DNA of 64,000 nucleotides from Phycisphaeraceae bacterium (GTDB lineage Bacteria; Planctomycetota; Phycisphaerae; Phycisphaerales; Phycisphaeraceae), in assembly GCA_963674705.1 (NCBI GenBank), contig OY771506.1, positions 4,928,001-4,992,000 of the forward strand, in the 5' to 3' direction. The notes below the pieces were generated by a model. That model was not told the origin of the DNA and did no database searches. It was given only the letters and a program-made list of their open reading frames with translations. A program made the translations under genes and the position numbers. Positions 48,760 to 58,734 of the stretch are shown in pieces (the stretch's first letter is position 1; the number at the start of each line of letters is the position of its first letter).

Positions 48760-49799
48760 AGCATCTTCCACGCCACTGTAGCGCCCTTGTACACAAGTGA
48801 TTATGCTGTGCCTTCAAGCAAGGAGGCTTTGATGAAGGCATATTCAATGGATCTGCGGAAGCGGGTGTTGGCGGCGTGTGATGCCGGGCACGGCACGCGT
48901 GAGGTGGCCAAGCGGTTCTCGGTCAGCGCCTCGTGGGTGCGTCGGCTCAAGCAACGGCGTCGTGAAGGCGAGGGGATCTCGCCGCGGCCTCAGGGCGGCG
49001 ACTACGTCAGCCGGTTCACCGGCGAAGACCTGCAGCGTGTACATGCGATGCTCAAGCAGAAGCCGGACACGACGCTGGATGCGTTGCGTGTGCGTTGTGA
49101 GCGTGAGCTGGGCATCCGTTGCGGGCTGGGCACGATGTGGCGGACGGTGCGTTGGAAGCTGGGGTGGACGTTTAAAAAAAGTCATTACGGCCCAGCGAGC
49201 AGGACCGCGCGGATGTGAAGCAGCAGCGTGTGAACTTCCGCATCGCCACACGGTTCATCGAGCCTAAGCAGCTTGTTTTCCTGGATGAATCGGGCGCGAG
49301 GACGAACATGACCCGCCTGCGGGGCTGGGCCGGACGCGGTTGCCGGCTGGACGCCGCGGCGCCGCACAGCCACTGGCGTACGACGACGATGCTCAGCGCG
49401 ATCGGTTGTGAGGGTGTGATCCAACGGGCGACGCTGGCCTTCGACGGCGCGACGGATGCGGCGCTGTTCCGAGGCTACGTCGAGCGTTGCCTGGCCCCGG
49501 CGCTGAAGCAAGGCCAGATCGTGGTGATGGATAACCTGGCGTCGCATAAGGTGCGCGGGGTGCGTGAAGCGATCGAAGCGGCGGGCTGTGACCTGTGGTA
49601 CTTACCGCCGTACTCACCGGACTTCAACCCGATCGAGAAGATGTGGAGCAAGGTCAAAGCCCTGCTGCGTGCCGCCGCCGCACGGACCCACGACAAACTG
49701 ATTGAGGCGATCGGTCGGGCGTTGCGTGCGGTATCCCTGGACGAGTGCCGCAACTACTTCCGCAGCTGCGGGTATGCTACATGAGATTGGAAGACGCTC
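48759..49799 (+). mobile_element. IS630-family insertion sequence, 1041 bp
   Basis: IRs GAGCATCTTCCA / TGGAAGACGCTC (11/12); duplicated TA at 48757-48758 and 49800-49801. Confidence 0.93.
48832..49784 (+). CDS. IS630 transposase (two frames joined by -1 frameshift)
   Basis: MKAYSMDLRKRV HTH; LVFLDESG, VVMDNL..H, LPPYSPDFNPIE; TTTAAAAAAAG at 49171-49181. Confidence 0.9.
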
Positions 49800-49831
49800 T
49801 AATATCGATCTGCTTGTCATACCACTGATAT

Positions 49832-49872
49832 AAACAAAAACCCACGGCCATCGACCGTGGGTTGTGTTTTTT
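49832..49872. terminator. Probable bidirectional terminator
   Basis: A-rich run, AACCCACGG-CCATCGA-CCGTGGGTT hairpin, T-rich run, between convergent units. Confidence 0.65.
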
Positions 49873-49893
49873 CATATGTCCACGGTCAATGCA

Positions 49894-51525
49894 TCAGAGC
49901 TGCACCAGGTGCATGTCCGTGGCCTTACGTGATTCGTGGCTCGGATGATGCACATCCGTCACGAACGCGTCGCCCATCTCGACACGCACCTGCTTAGCGT
50001 CGTAGCGCTTCGGCTCGGCAAGCCCCAGCTTCGCACACAGGTCCAGTGCGATCTGCCCTTCCGCTTTGGCGAACTCGATCGGCTGGATCGCACGATCAAA
50101 ACTCTGCAGACGGTTGGCGTGGTTCTCAAACGTGCCGGCCTTTTCGACAAACGTCGCTCCGGGCAGCAGCACATTGACCTTCTCGGTGAGTATGTTCGGC
50201 AGCGTGTCGATCAGTACGACGAACTTGCTTTCGACAGCCTTGGCCAGGTCGGGCGTGACCCAGTCGCTGGGGTAGTTGCCGGTCAGCAGCACACCGGCCG
50301 TTCGCTCGTCCTCGACGGCGTTTAGGAACTGCTGGTAATCCAGCACGGAATCCGTCAACTGGCCCAGCGCTCGGCGAACGCCACGCGCATTCGGGCATTT
50401 TTCAGCACAAATCCTGTACCCACCTGGGAAGGTCTTGTCTTCGCCGCTGGTGGGCACCGGCCCGATGCCGATCACAGCCTCGCCGTCCAGTTCCACGATC
50501 AGCTTGCCCAGCAGATACGCCTCTTCACAAGGCAGCATCGGGCTGACCATCACCGCCAGCGATCCTGTTCCACGTGAATCAATGATGCTGCGCAGCTCGG
50601 TCTTGATCGCGTCGTAGGCCTTGTTCCAGTCACACTCGTCCTGCCCGCCGTCCTGCTTGATCATCGGGCTGCGGAAGCGGTCTTCACTGTGGACGAACTT
50701 CCAGCCGAAGCGGATCTCATCACTCGTCCACCACTGGTTCACTTCCATATTCGTGCGCGGTTTGACGCGGTAGACCTTGCCGTCGTTGTGCTCGATCGAG
50801 AGGTTATCACCGCTGGCGGTGATGCCGTCGATGCTTGGTGTCTTGGTCAGGTTCCAGACACGCATCGACATCAGGAAGTCCTTGTCGAGCAGCGCGCCGA
50901 CCGGGCAGATATCCACGACGTTGCCGGATAATTCGTTATCCAACGGCTTGCCGGGGAAGACATCGATCTGCTCGCCGGAACCACGGCCGAAGATACCGAT
51001 CTCGCCCGTGCCAGCTACTTCCTTGGCGAAACGCACGCAACGGGTACACATGATGCAGCGGTCGGAATACAGCAGCACGTGCGGGCCGATGTCTTTCTTG
51101 GGCTGCTTGATCTTGGATTCGCAGAAGCGTGATTCGCTTCGGCCGTACTTATAGCTGTAATCCTGGAGGTAGCACTCGCCGGCCTGGTCGCAGACCGGGC
51201 AGTCCAGCGGGTGGTTGATCAGCAGGAACTCCATCACCGACTTCTGGTTGGCGATCGCCTTGGGGCTACGGGTATGCACGACCTGCCCATCGGATGCGGG
51301 CGTTTGGCAGGTCGGCATCAGCTTGGGGATCAGTTCCAGCTTGTTGTCGTTGCGGGGATTGGGCGCCTCGACCTCGGCCATGCATATCCGGCAACTGGCG
51401 ACAATGCTCATGCCGGGGTGGTAGCAATAGTGTGGGATCTCGATCCCGTTATCCAGGGCGACCTCAAGGATGGACTTCTTACCCTCGAATTCGCATGGTT
51501 TACCGTCAATAGTGATCTGGGGCAT
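49894..51525 (-). CDS. nuoG: NADH-quinone oxidoreductase subunit G
   Basis: IPHYCYHP...SCRIC, HPLDCPVCDQAGEC, RCIMCTRC, DICPVGAL; ATG at 51525. Confidence 0.9.
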   Translation of the reverse strand: MPQITIDGKPCEFEGKKSILEVALDNGIEIPHYCYHPGMSIVASCRICMAEVEAPNPRNDNKLELIPKLMPTCQTPASDGQVVHTRSPKAIANQKSVMEFLLINHPLDCPVCDQAGECYLQDYSYKYGRSESRFCESKIKQPKKDIGPHVLLYSDRCIMCTRCVRFAKEVAGTGEIGIFGRGSGEQIDVFPGKPLDNELSGNVVDICPVGALLDKDFLMSMRVWNLTKTPSIDGITASGDNLSIEHNDGKVYRVKPRTNMEVNQWWTSDEIRFGWKFVHSEDRFRSPMIKQDGGQDECDWNKAYDAIKTELRSIIDSRGTGSLAVMVSPMLPCEEAYLLGKLIVELDGEAVIGIGPVPTSGEDKTFPGGYRICAEKCPNARGVRRALGQLTDSVLDYQQFLNAVEDERTAGVLLTGNYPSDWVTPDLAKAVESKFVVLIDTLPNILTEKVNVLLPGATFVEKAGTFENHANRLQSFDRAIQPIEFAKAEGQIALDLCAKLGLAEPKRYDAKQVRVEMGDAFVTDVHHPSHESRKATDMHLVQL

Positions 51526-51633
51526 GTTGGGTTCCCGCATCTTGAGCCGCTGAGGCGGGACGGGCTCGTCGGCCCGCCCGACCGATGCAGGATCGTAGCA
51601 GATGACGCCCCATGTTCCAATGCGAGGGGTGTC

Positions 51634-51773
51634 TGGTGGCTGGTGGCTCGTGTCAGGTAGCTGGTTTTACTGTCAGTGAATACGAGTGCCGCAAGAGTAC
51701 ACGTGGCTCAGCTCTAGAAACAGTGCTTTCAACACCCCCAAACCAGCAACGAGCCAGCAGACACCAGCCACCA
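51634..51773. repeat. Inverted heptamer arms (TGGTGGC / GCCACCA) in the nuoG-nuoJ spacer
   Basis: 51634-51667 vs reverse complement of 51740-51773: 27/34; same unit as the moaB internal tract. Confidence 0.78.
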
Positions 51774-51965
51774 AATCAACCTCACCAGTGCCCTACCGCC
51801 CTTTGTTGCATAGTTGCAGGTCCCCACCTATCCTGTCCGCTTTAACGCACGGTAAGTGCGTATGTACGGCGGCGGGCCGGTCCAACGTATATCCAGCCCT
51901 ACGCTTCTGGTGAGATCGACGGACGCCACGGACGCGCCTGTCTGGACGGATGCCACGGATCGATC

Positions 51966-52838
51966 ATGGAACAGTACCTCGAAGCCGCGCTCTACATCGT
52001 CTCGGTGCTTGGCGCGTTAGCGTTATCGCTGATGATGCCTCGGGGGCGTAGTGGTGTCGGCAAGATCGGCCCACTGATCGGCGTCGCCGCGCTCGGCGGC
52101 CTGTGGCTGTTCCTGTGCTCCTCGGGCCTGTGGGGCGATCGTGAAACCGGCCTGTCCACCCCCGCTTTCATCTATTACTACGTCTTCAGCGGCATCGCGA
52201 TCTTCTCTGCCGTCCGCGTCATCACACACACCAAGCCCGTCTACGCCGCACTCTGGTTCGTCATGGTCGTGCTGGCCAGCTGCGGGCTCTTCCTGGTGCT
52301 CTCGGCACAGTTCATGGCCTTTGCCGTCGTCATCATCTACGGCGGGGCCATCCTCGTGACCTATATGTTCGTGATCATGCTCGCCACCCAGTCCACGCCG
52401 GACGGGCATTCCGGGCAGATCTACGACCGCGTTGCCAAAGACCCTGTCATGGCCTCCGCGGCGGGCTTCCTCCTGCTGGCGGTGCTGCTGAGCGTGGCCT
52501 TCGACTACGATCAGATCAAAGACATCCGTATGGATGCCGCTAAGCGCCAGAGCGATGCCGCCCTGATTGAATCGACCCTCGGCAACCGCCCGCTGGCCGA
52601 GCAGGCGGTCTACAAGATGAACGAGGCAGGCGAGGCCGTTAAGGTCGACGCCCCCGAGCCCCCCGCCAACCTGGACCCGACCCGTCTGGCTAACGCCGAA
52701 CGCGTCGGCCTGGACCTGTTCATGAGCCACCCGCTGGGCCTGGAACTGGCCGGCGTCATCCTGCTGATCTCGCTGATCGGCGCGATCGTGATCGCGAAGA
52801 AGAAGGTGCCGGATGAGGGGGCAGTTATCAGCCGTTAG
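51966..52838 (+). CDS. nuoJ: NADH-quinone oxidoreductase subunit J
   Basis: PVYAALW, IIYGGAILVTYMFVIML, ELAGVILLISLIGAIVIA. Confidence 0.92.
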   Translation: MEQYLEAALYIVSVLGALALSLMMPRGRSGVGKIGPLIGVAALGGLWLFLCSSGLWGDRETGLSTPAFIYYYVFSGIAIFSAVRVITHTKPVYAALWFVMVVLASCGLFLVLSAQFMAFAVVIIYGGAILVTYMFVIMLATQSTPDGHSGQIYDRVAKDPVMASAAGFLLLAVLLSVAFDYDQIKDIRMDAAKRQSDAALIESTLGNRPLAEQAVYKMNEAGEAVKVDAPEPPANLDPTRLANAERVGLDLFMSHPLGLELAGVILLISLIGAIVIAKKKVPDEGAVISR

Positions 52839-52889
52839 CCATTAGCCGTTAGCACAAACAGATTGAATATCGAACATTGAACATCACCA
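52830..52889 (+). repeat. Composite heptamer element filling the nuoJ-nuoK spacer
   Basis: AGCCGTTAGCCATTAGCCGTTAGC..ACAGATTGAATATCGAACATTGAACATC; same layout as 45850-45912. Confidence 0.82.
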
Positions 52890-52890
52890 C

Positions 52891-53217
52891 ATGCCTTTAA
52901 CTGAGATCGACAGCCTGACACTCTCGCACTTCCTTTTAACAGGTGCGGTGTTGTTCTGCCTGGGCCTGATCGGTTTTATCAGCCGCAGGAACCTGATCAT
53001 CATGTTCCTGTGCACGGAGATGATGTTCCAGGGCGTGGCGATCTCGCTGATCGCGTTCAGCCGGTTCCACATGAACGATACCGGCCAAACGTTTGTGATC
53101 TTTGTCCTGACCATCGCCGCCGCCGAGGCCGCCCTCGCGCTGGGCCTGGTGGTGCTGCTGTTTAGACGCAAACACACGCTCGACGCATTGGTGTGGTCGA
53201 AGCTGAAGGATGTGTAG
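52891..53217 (+). CDS. nuoK: NADH-quinone oxidoreductase subunit K
   Basis: RRNLI...EMM, GQ.F.IFV..IAAAEAA. Confidence 0.95.
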   Translation: MPLTEIDSLTLSHFLLTGAVLFCLGLIGFISRRNLIIMFLCTEMMFQGVAISLIAFSRFHMNDTGQTFVIFVLTIAAAEAALALGLVVLLFRRKHTLDALVWSKLKDV

Positions 53218-53228
53218 GCGACTTAGCC

Positions 53229-53263
53229 ACCCTGAACCCCGAACCCAAGACCCCGAACCCAAA
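53229..53263 (+). repeat. ACCC-led heptamer tract (5 degenerate units) in the nuoK-nuoL spacer
   Basis: ACCCTGA ACCCCGA ACCCAAG ACCCCGA ACCCAAA running into the nuoL ATG. Confidence 0.8.
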
Positions 53264-55344
53264 TGTCCATCGAACTGATCAAACTCATCCCCTGGATCCC
53301 GCTGCTGGGCGCGGCGCTGTGTGGCATCTGCTGCATGAAGCCCGCCCTCCGCAAGCTGGCCGGGCCGATCAGCGTGATCTCCATCTTCATCCCGTTCCTG
53401 ATCACCCTCGGCGTCTACAGCGCTGCCAAGAACCTGACCGGCGATGACAGGATTCAGACCATCTACAGCTGGATGGGCGTCAATGGCCTGCAGATCAACA
53501 TGGGGTATCTCGTCGACCCGCTGACGATGATCATGCTCTTTGTCGTTACGGGCATGGGCACGCTCATCGCCACCTACGCGATGGGCTACATGAAGGGCGA
53601 GCGCGGCTACGCACGTTTCTTCATGGGTGTGTCGCTGTTCATCTTCGCGATGACCACGCTGGTCATGGCTGACAACCTCGTATTGCTGTACCTCGGCTGG
53701 GAAGGTGTGGGCCTCTGCTCATACCTGCTGATCGGGTACTACTACGACAAGGACTGGGCCGTCGCCGCCGCGAAGAAGGCGTTTATCGTCAACCGCATAG
53801 GCGACTTGGGCTTCGCGCTCGGCATCTTCCTGACGTACATGACGTACGACACGGTGAGTCTGAGCGTCGTCGTCGAAAAAGCATCCGCGTTCCTGACCGA
53901 TCCGCATTACCACGCTTCGGCTGCCGACCTATGGATCCCCTTCCTGCTGATGCTCGGTGCGTTCGGCAAGAGTGCCCAGATCCCCCTGTATGTCTGGCTG
54001 CCCGACGCCATGGCCGGCCCGACACCAGTCTCCGCGCTGATCCACGCCGCGACCATGGTCACCGCCGGCGTCTACATGATCGCCCGGCTGATCCCGGTTT
54101 TCGAACTCTCGCCTTACGCCCTGCCAACCGTCGCCACCATCGGCAGCGTCACGGCATTGATGTCCGGCACGATCGCCCTGTGTCAGTACGATCTAAAGAA
54201 AGTCTTCGCCTACTCGACCGTCTCGCAACTCGGGTACATGTTCCTGGGCGTTGGCGTGCTGTCGACCTATGGCGGCGTGTTCCACCTGTTCACCCACGCC
54301 TTCTTCAAGGCCCTGCTCTTCCTCACCGCCGGCAGCGTGATGCACGCCCTGGCCGGTCAACTGGACCTGCGGGCGATGTCGGGCCTGCGTCACAAGATGC
54401 CGGTCACCTGCTGGCTGATGTTCGCAGGTTGCCTCGCTCTGGCGGGCTTCCCATTCACCGCGGGCTTCTATAGCAAGGACACCATCCTCGCCGCCGCGAT
54501 GGGTAAAGGCATCGGCGATCACGGCAGTTGGTTGTTCTTCATCCTGGCGTTGATGGGCCTGTTCACCGCCTTCCTCACCGCGTTCTACACCTTCCGCCTC
54601 TGGTTCCGCGTCTTCATGGGCCCGGAACACTTCGAGATGGGTGATGAACATCATGGCGAAGATGACGGACACGGTGACGATCACGGCCATCACGCACACG
54701 AGCCGCACGAAATGCCCTGGTGGCCGATGAACGTTCCGCTCGTTGTCCTCGCTGCCGGTGCTTTGTTCGCGGGTGTGATCTTCAATGGCTGGATGAGCGA
54801 CAGCATCGAAAACTCCACCGCCAAACCCATCGCGGTTCAGGCAACTTCGCATGCCGTGGTTCAACCCGAGTACCAGATCATCACGGTCGCCAACGAAGAA
54901 GCTGACAAAGGTACACATGCCGAAGCAGCCACCGCAGACCAAGACGAACACCACGACTCACTTCACACCATGATGATGATCATCAGTTCTATCATCGCGA
55001 TCGCCGGGATCGCCATGGCCTGGTACTTCCACTTGGCGAACCGGCCATTGACGGACAAAATCGCCAAGCAGTTCGGCGTGGTCGTCGAGGTGCTTTACAA
55101 CAAGTATTACGTGGACGAGATCTACGACGCGACCATCGTCAAACCGCTGCGTTTTGCGGGTTACGCATTCGAGTTCTTTGATGAATGGGTCATCAACAAC
55201 ATCGTATTTACGATCGGCTTTGTGCCGAAGCTGGCGGGCTGGTCGGTCAAGCCGATGCAGAGCGGCAAGCTCCAGGGCTACGGCCTGGGCATGGTGCTTG
55301 GCGTGGCGATCGCGGCGTTACTGGTATTCATGTGGGCGTTTTAG
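53263..55344 (+). CDS. nuoL: NADH-quinone oxidoreductase subunit L
   Basis: GWEGVGLCSYLLIG, KAFIVNRIGD, GKSAQ.PL..WLPDAMAGPTPVSALIHAATMV. Confidence 0.97.
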   Translation: MSIELIKLIPWIPLLGAALCGICCMKPALRKLAGPISVISIFIPFLITLGVYSAAKNLTGDDRIQTIYSWMGVNGLQINMGYLVDPLTMIMLFVVTGMGTLIATYAMGYMKGERGYARFFMGVSLFIFAMTTLVMADNLVLLYLGWEGVGLCSYLLIGYYYDKDWAVAAAKKAFIVNRIGDLGFALGIFLTYMTYDTVSLSVVVEKASAFLTDPHYHASAADLWIPFLLMLGAFGKSAQIPLYVWLPDAMAGPTPVSALIHAATMVTAGVYMIARLIPVFELSPYALPTVATIGSVTALMSGTIALCQYDLKKVFAYSTVSQLGYMFLGVGVLSTYGGVFHLFTHAFFKALLFLTAGSVMHALAGQLDLRAMSGLRHKMPVTCWLMFAGCLALAGFPFTAGFYSKDTILAAAMGKGIGDHGSWLFFILALMGLFTAFLTAFYTFRLWFRVFMGPEHFEMGDEHHGEDDGHGDDHGHHAHEPHEMPWWPMNVPLVVLAAGALFAGVIFNGWMSDSIENSTAKPIAVQATSHAVVQPEYQIITVANEEADKGTHAEAATADQDEHHDSLHTMMMIISSIIAIAGIAMAWYFHLANRPLTDKIAKQFGVVVEVLYNKYYVDEIYDATIVKPLRFAGYAFEFFDEWVINNIVFTIGFVPKLAGWSVKPMQSGKLQGYGLGMVLGVAIAALLVFMWAF

Positions 55345-55360
55345 GAACGGATAAGAACGG

Positions 55361-57010
55361 ATGGACCTTCTGCTGCTGATAACCCTGTTCCCGCTTGTAA
55401 GCGCGTTGCCGCTGCTGCTGCCGGTACGGGCGTTTGACTGCCGAAAGACCGTCTGGTTTTACGCGCTATTGAGCACGATCGTCACGTTCGTGTTCTCGCT
55501 TTTCGTGCTGGCCAAGTTCGACTTCGCACAAAGCGGGCAGATGCAACTGCAAGGCGCGGTCAGTTGGATCGACGCATTCGGTCTGAGCTTCAGCTACGGG
55601 ATCGATTCGATCTCCCTCTGGCTGATCCTGCTCACCACGTTCATCATGCCGATCATCATGCTCGGTTCATTGACCGCGGTGAACACGCGCATCCGTGAGT
55701 TCTACTTCTGGCTGCTCGCGCTCGAGACGTTCATGATCGGCACGTTCGTCGCGACCGACATCATCTTCTTCTACCTCTGCTTCGAGTTCACGCTCGTGCC
55801 GCTCTACATCCTCATCGGTGTGTTCGGCTCGGACAACCGGCTCGCAGCCGCGAAGATGTTCTTCCTGTACACGTTCACCGGCTCGATGCTGACCTTCGCC
55901 GGCGTGTTGTATGTCGCATACACGCACGCCGCGAACACCGGCACGTGGACGTTCAATATCCAAGAGCTTTACCAGACCGCTCAAGGCATGAGCGCGGGAC
56001 AACAAGCTTGGGTGCTCGGCGCGTTGATGGCAGGCTTTGCCGTCAAGGTGCCGATCTTCCCAGTGCATACCTGGCTGCCGCTGGCGCACACCGAGGCCCC
56101 CACCGCCGGGTCCGTCATCCTCGCCGGTGTCTTGCTCAAGCTCGGTACGTACGGCCTGCTACGATTCGCCCTGCCCATGTGCCCCGATGCCGTCGTCGAA
56201 TACGCATGGCTCATCGGCATCTTCGCCGTGCTCGGTGTGCTGGTCACCGCGCTCATCTGCTGGGTGCAGACCGACGTCAAGCGGCTGATCGCCTACTCGT
56301 CCGTATCCCACCTTGGCTTCTGCGTGCTGGGCCTGTTCGCACTAGACAAAGATGATACCGGGGCGGTTGGCTCGGTCATGTACATGATCAACCACGGCCT
56401 GTCGACCGGCGCCTTGTTCCTTTGCGTCGGCATGATCTACGAACGCTTCCACATCCGCGACATGCGGCAGATGTCAGGCCTTGGCCGCGCCATCCCCGTG
56501 TGGGCATCCTTCACCGTCTTCTTCGTGCTGGCGAGTGTCGGCCTACCGGGGCTCAACGGCTTCGTCGGTGAGTTCCTCACGCTGTTCGGTGCGTTCAACT
56601 CCCCGAGCAATGTGCTGGGCATCGAGTTCGCCGCGTTCGCCGGTGTCGGCATGATCTTCGCTGCGATCTACCTGCTGTACATGGTCGGCAAGGTGATCTT
56701 CGGCCCGCTGCAAGTACCTGCAGTTCACAACGAAGACGGCAGCCACGACCTCAAGGACCTGAATGCCCGCGAGATCATCACCCTGCTGCCGCTGGCGGCC
56801 GGCTGCCTGATCATCGGCTTGTTCCCGTACAACATGCTTGTGAGTCTGGAAGACTCCGTTGGTAATCTCACCGCCGCAGGCAAGACCGCGGCCAATCAAA
56901 CTGTTGTTGATTTATCCGAGCCCGCGATGAAGCTGGTGCTCGATGACCAAACCGTCATGAACCAGAATGTGACTTTGACCGAGACCGCCGCACAAACGGC
57001 GGAGCGTTAA
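55361..57010 (+). CDS. nuoM: NADH-quinone oxidoreductase subunit M
   Basis: VKVPIFPVHTWLPLAHTEAPT, LKLGTYG, IAYSSVSH, GLPGLNGFVGEF. Confidence 0.97.
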   Translation: MDLLLLITLFPLVSALPLLLPVRAFDCRKTVWFYALLSTIVTFVFSLFVLAKFDFAQSGQMQLQGAVSWIDAFGLSFSYGIDSISLWLILLTTFIMPIIMLGSLTAVNTRIREFYFWLLALETFMIGTFVATDIIFFYLCFEFTLVPLYILIGVFGSDNRLAAAKMFFLYTFTGSMLTFAGVLYVAYTHAANTGTWTFNIQELYQTAQGMSAGQQAWVLGALMAGFAVKVPIFPVHTWLPLAHTEAPTAGSVILAGVLLKLGTYGLLRFALPMCPDAVVEYAWLIGIFAVLGVLVTALICWVQTDVKRLIAYSSVSHLGFCVLGLFALDKDDTGAVGSVMYMINHGLSTGALFLCVGMIYERFHIRDMRQMSGLGRAIPVWASFTVFFVLASVGLPGLNGFVGEFLTLFGAFNSPSNVLGIEFAAFAGVGMIFAAIYLLYMVGKVIFGPLQVPAVHNEDGSHDLKDLNAREIITLLPLAAGCLIIGLFPYNMLVSLEDSVGNLTAAGKTAANQTVVDLSEPAMKLVLDDQTVMNQNVTLTETAAQTAER

Positions 57011-57013
57011 GCG

Positions 57014-58582
57014 ATGCATAAAGCCGAGATCATCGAAAAAGTAGCCGGCCTCTGGCCCGAGATCGTGATGCTGATCGGCGCCACGTTGTGTCTGTTCATT
57101 GGCTTGTCGCAAGGCAAGGGCCCTAGACGCAGCACACCGTGGATCGCCGCGATCACGCTCCTGCTCGCGATCGCTTTCGTCTGGCTCAAGCCCGCACCAG
57201 TCGTGGAAGGCGCCATCCTTGGCGGGATGGCCGGTTATGTCAAAGTCGCCACCGCAGGCATCGGCCTGATCCTGCTCATGGTCGCCGCAGGTGTGCCGGG
57301 CCGATTAAAACAATCCATCGATGCAGAGAACGCGCCGACCTTCGAGCCGGGCGATCTGATCACCGGCGAGTTCTACGCCTTCTTCTTGCTGAGCCTGACA
57401 GGTGTCATGATGACCGCCGGCGCGAGCGATCTGGTCTGGCTCTTCCTCGCACTGGAACTGACCAGCCTGCCGACCTATGTCCTCGTCGCCACGACGCGCG
57501 ACCGCATCGATGCGCAGGAGTCGGCCGTCAAGTACTTCTTCCTCGGAGCGCTGAGCGCCGCGATCTTCCTCTACGGTTTCGCCCTGATCTACGGCGCGAC
57601 CGGCTCGACGGACTTCACCGAAATCACCGCCATCGTCAAGCAGCAGCTCGCCGCCCACCCGGGCCACGTGCCGGGCCTGCTGTTGATGGGCATGATCCTC
57701 GCCATCGTCGGTGTCTGCTTCAAGATCGCCGCCGTACCGATGCATTTTTACGCCGCCGACGTGTACCAGGGCGCTGCGACGCCGGTCACCGCGTTCCTCG
57801 CGTTCGTGCCCAAGACCGCCGGCGCGGTCGCGCTGATCCTGCTGCTGTCGCTGGTCGGTTGGCCCTTGCCCGCACCGATCGCAATGCTGCTCTGGCTCAT
57901 CGCCGTACTCACCATGACCATCGGCAACGTGCTGGGCCTCTTGCAGGACAACGTCAAACGTGTTCTGGCTTACAGCTCGATCGCACACTCCGGCTACATC
58001 GTCGTCGGCCTACTCGCTGGGCCCGCAGTCAATAACGCCCTGGGCGGAACGCTCGGCAACGGCATCGCCGCTGTACTGTTTTACCTCGTCGCGTACGGCC
58101 TGGGCACGATCGCCGGCTTCGCCGTACTCGGCTGCATCGAAGCCGACGGCAAGGAAGCGCAGACCTTCCGCAACATCTCCGGCCTGCATAAGAACCACCC
58201 GTTCCTCGCCGCGCTCATGCTGCTCAGTGTCTTGTCACTTCTCGGCCTGCCACCGCTGGTCGGGTTCCTCGGCAAGGTCTACCTCATCGGTTCCGCCTAC
58301 GGCGCGGGATTTGTCTGGCTTGTGGTCATCCTCGTGCTCAACTCCGCGATCAGCGCCGCGTATTACCTGCGCATCGCTAGCGTGTGTTACTTCGGTGAAC
58401 CCGACAAGTCGGTCCAATCCGCGGGCAACTTCCCACGCACCGCCGGTGCTTTGGTCGCCGCCACGCTCGCCGTCGTGCTCGGCATCATCGGCAACGGCCT
58501 GGTCAACGCTTCCAGCAACGCCGCTGCAACGCAGCAAACCGCCGCACAAATCACCGACGCGCAGCTTACCCAAGCCAAGTAA
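57014..58582 (+). CDS. nuoN: NADH-quinone oxidoreductase subunit N
   Basis: ESAVKYF, FKIAAVPMH...DVYQGA, KRVLAYSSIAH, GLPPLVGF.GK. Confidence 0.96.
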   Translation: MHKAEIIEKVAGLWPEIVMLIGATLCLFIGLSQGKGPRRSTPWIAAITLLLAIAFVWLKPAPVVEGAILGGMAGYVKVATAGIGLILLMVAAGVPGRLKQSIDAENAPTFEPGDLITGEFYAFFLLSLTGVMMTAGASDLVWLFLALELTSLPTYVLVATTRDRIDAQESAVKYFFLGALSAAIFLYGFALIYGATGSTDFTEITAIVKQQLAAHPGHVPGLLLMGMILAIVGVCFKIAAVPMHFYAADVYQGAATPVTAFLAFVPKTAGAVALILLLSLVGWPLPAPIAMLLWLIAVLTMTIGNVLGLLQDNVKRVLAYSSIAHSGYIVVGLLAGPAVNNALGGTLGNGIAAVLFYLVAYGLGTIAGFAVLGCIEADGKEAQTFRNISGLHKNHPFLAALMLLSVLSLLGLPPLVGFLGKVYLIGSAYGAGFVWLVVILVLNSAISAAYYLRIASVCYFGEPDKSVQSAGNFPRTAGALVAATLAVVLGIIGNGLVNASSNAAATQQTAAQITDAQLTQAK

Positions 58583-58734
58583 AACACACCAGCTTGATGC
58601 AACTTTCCCAGCGACTTTTCCATCTCATGTCGCTGGAAATCACATGGTTGCAGGCCTATACTCCTGTCCAAGCCGGCTAAAAGCTCGGGGGCCCCGGCGC
58701 TTTCTCAATAACGCCAATCTTAAAGGATTCCGAG

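Noticed and set aside
46831..49218. Transposases as frameshifted pseudogenes
   Set aside because: Both have A7G slippery motifs at the frame junction with the second ORF in the -1 frame, as expected for programmed frameshifting.
45913..49799. Composite transposon formed by the two IS elements around the MBL and lipoprotein genes
   Set aside because: The elements are from different families and each has its own intact target duplication, so they are independent insertions.
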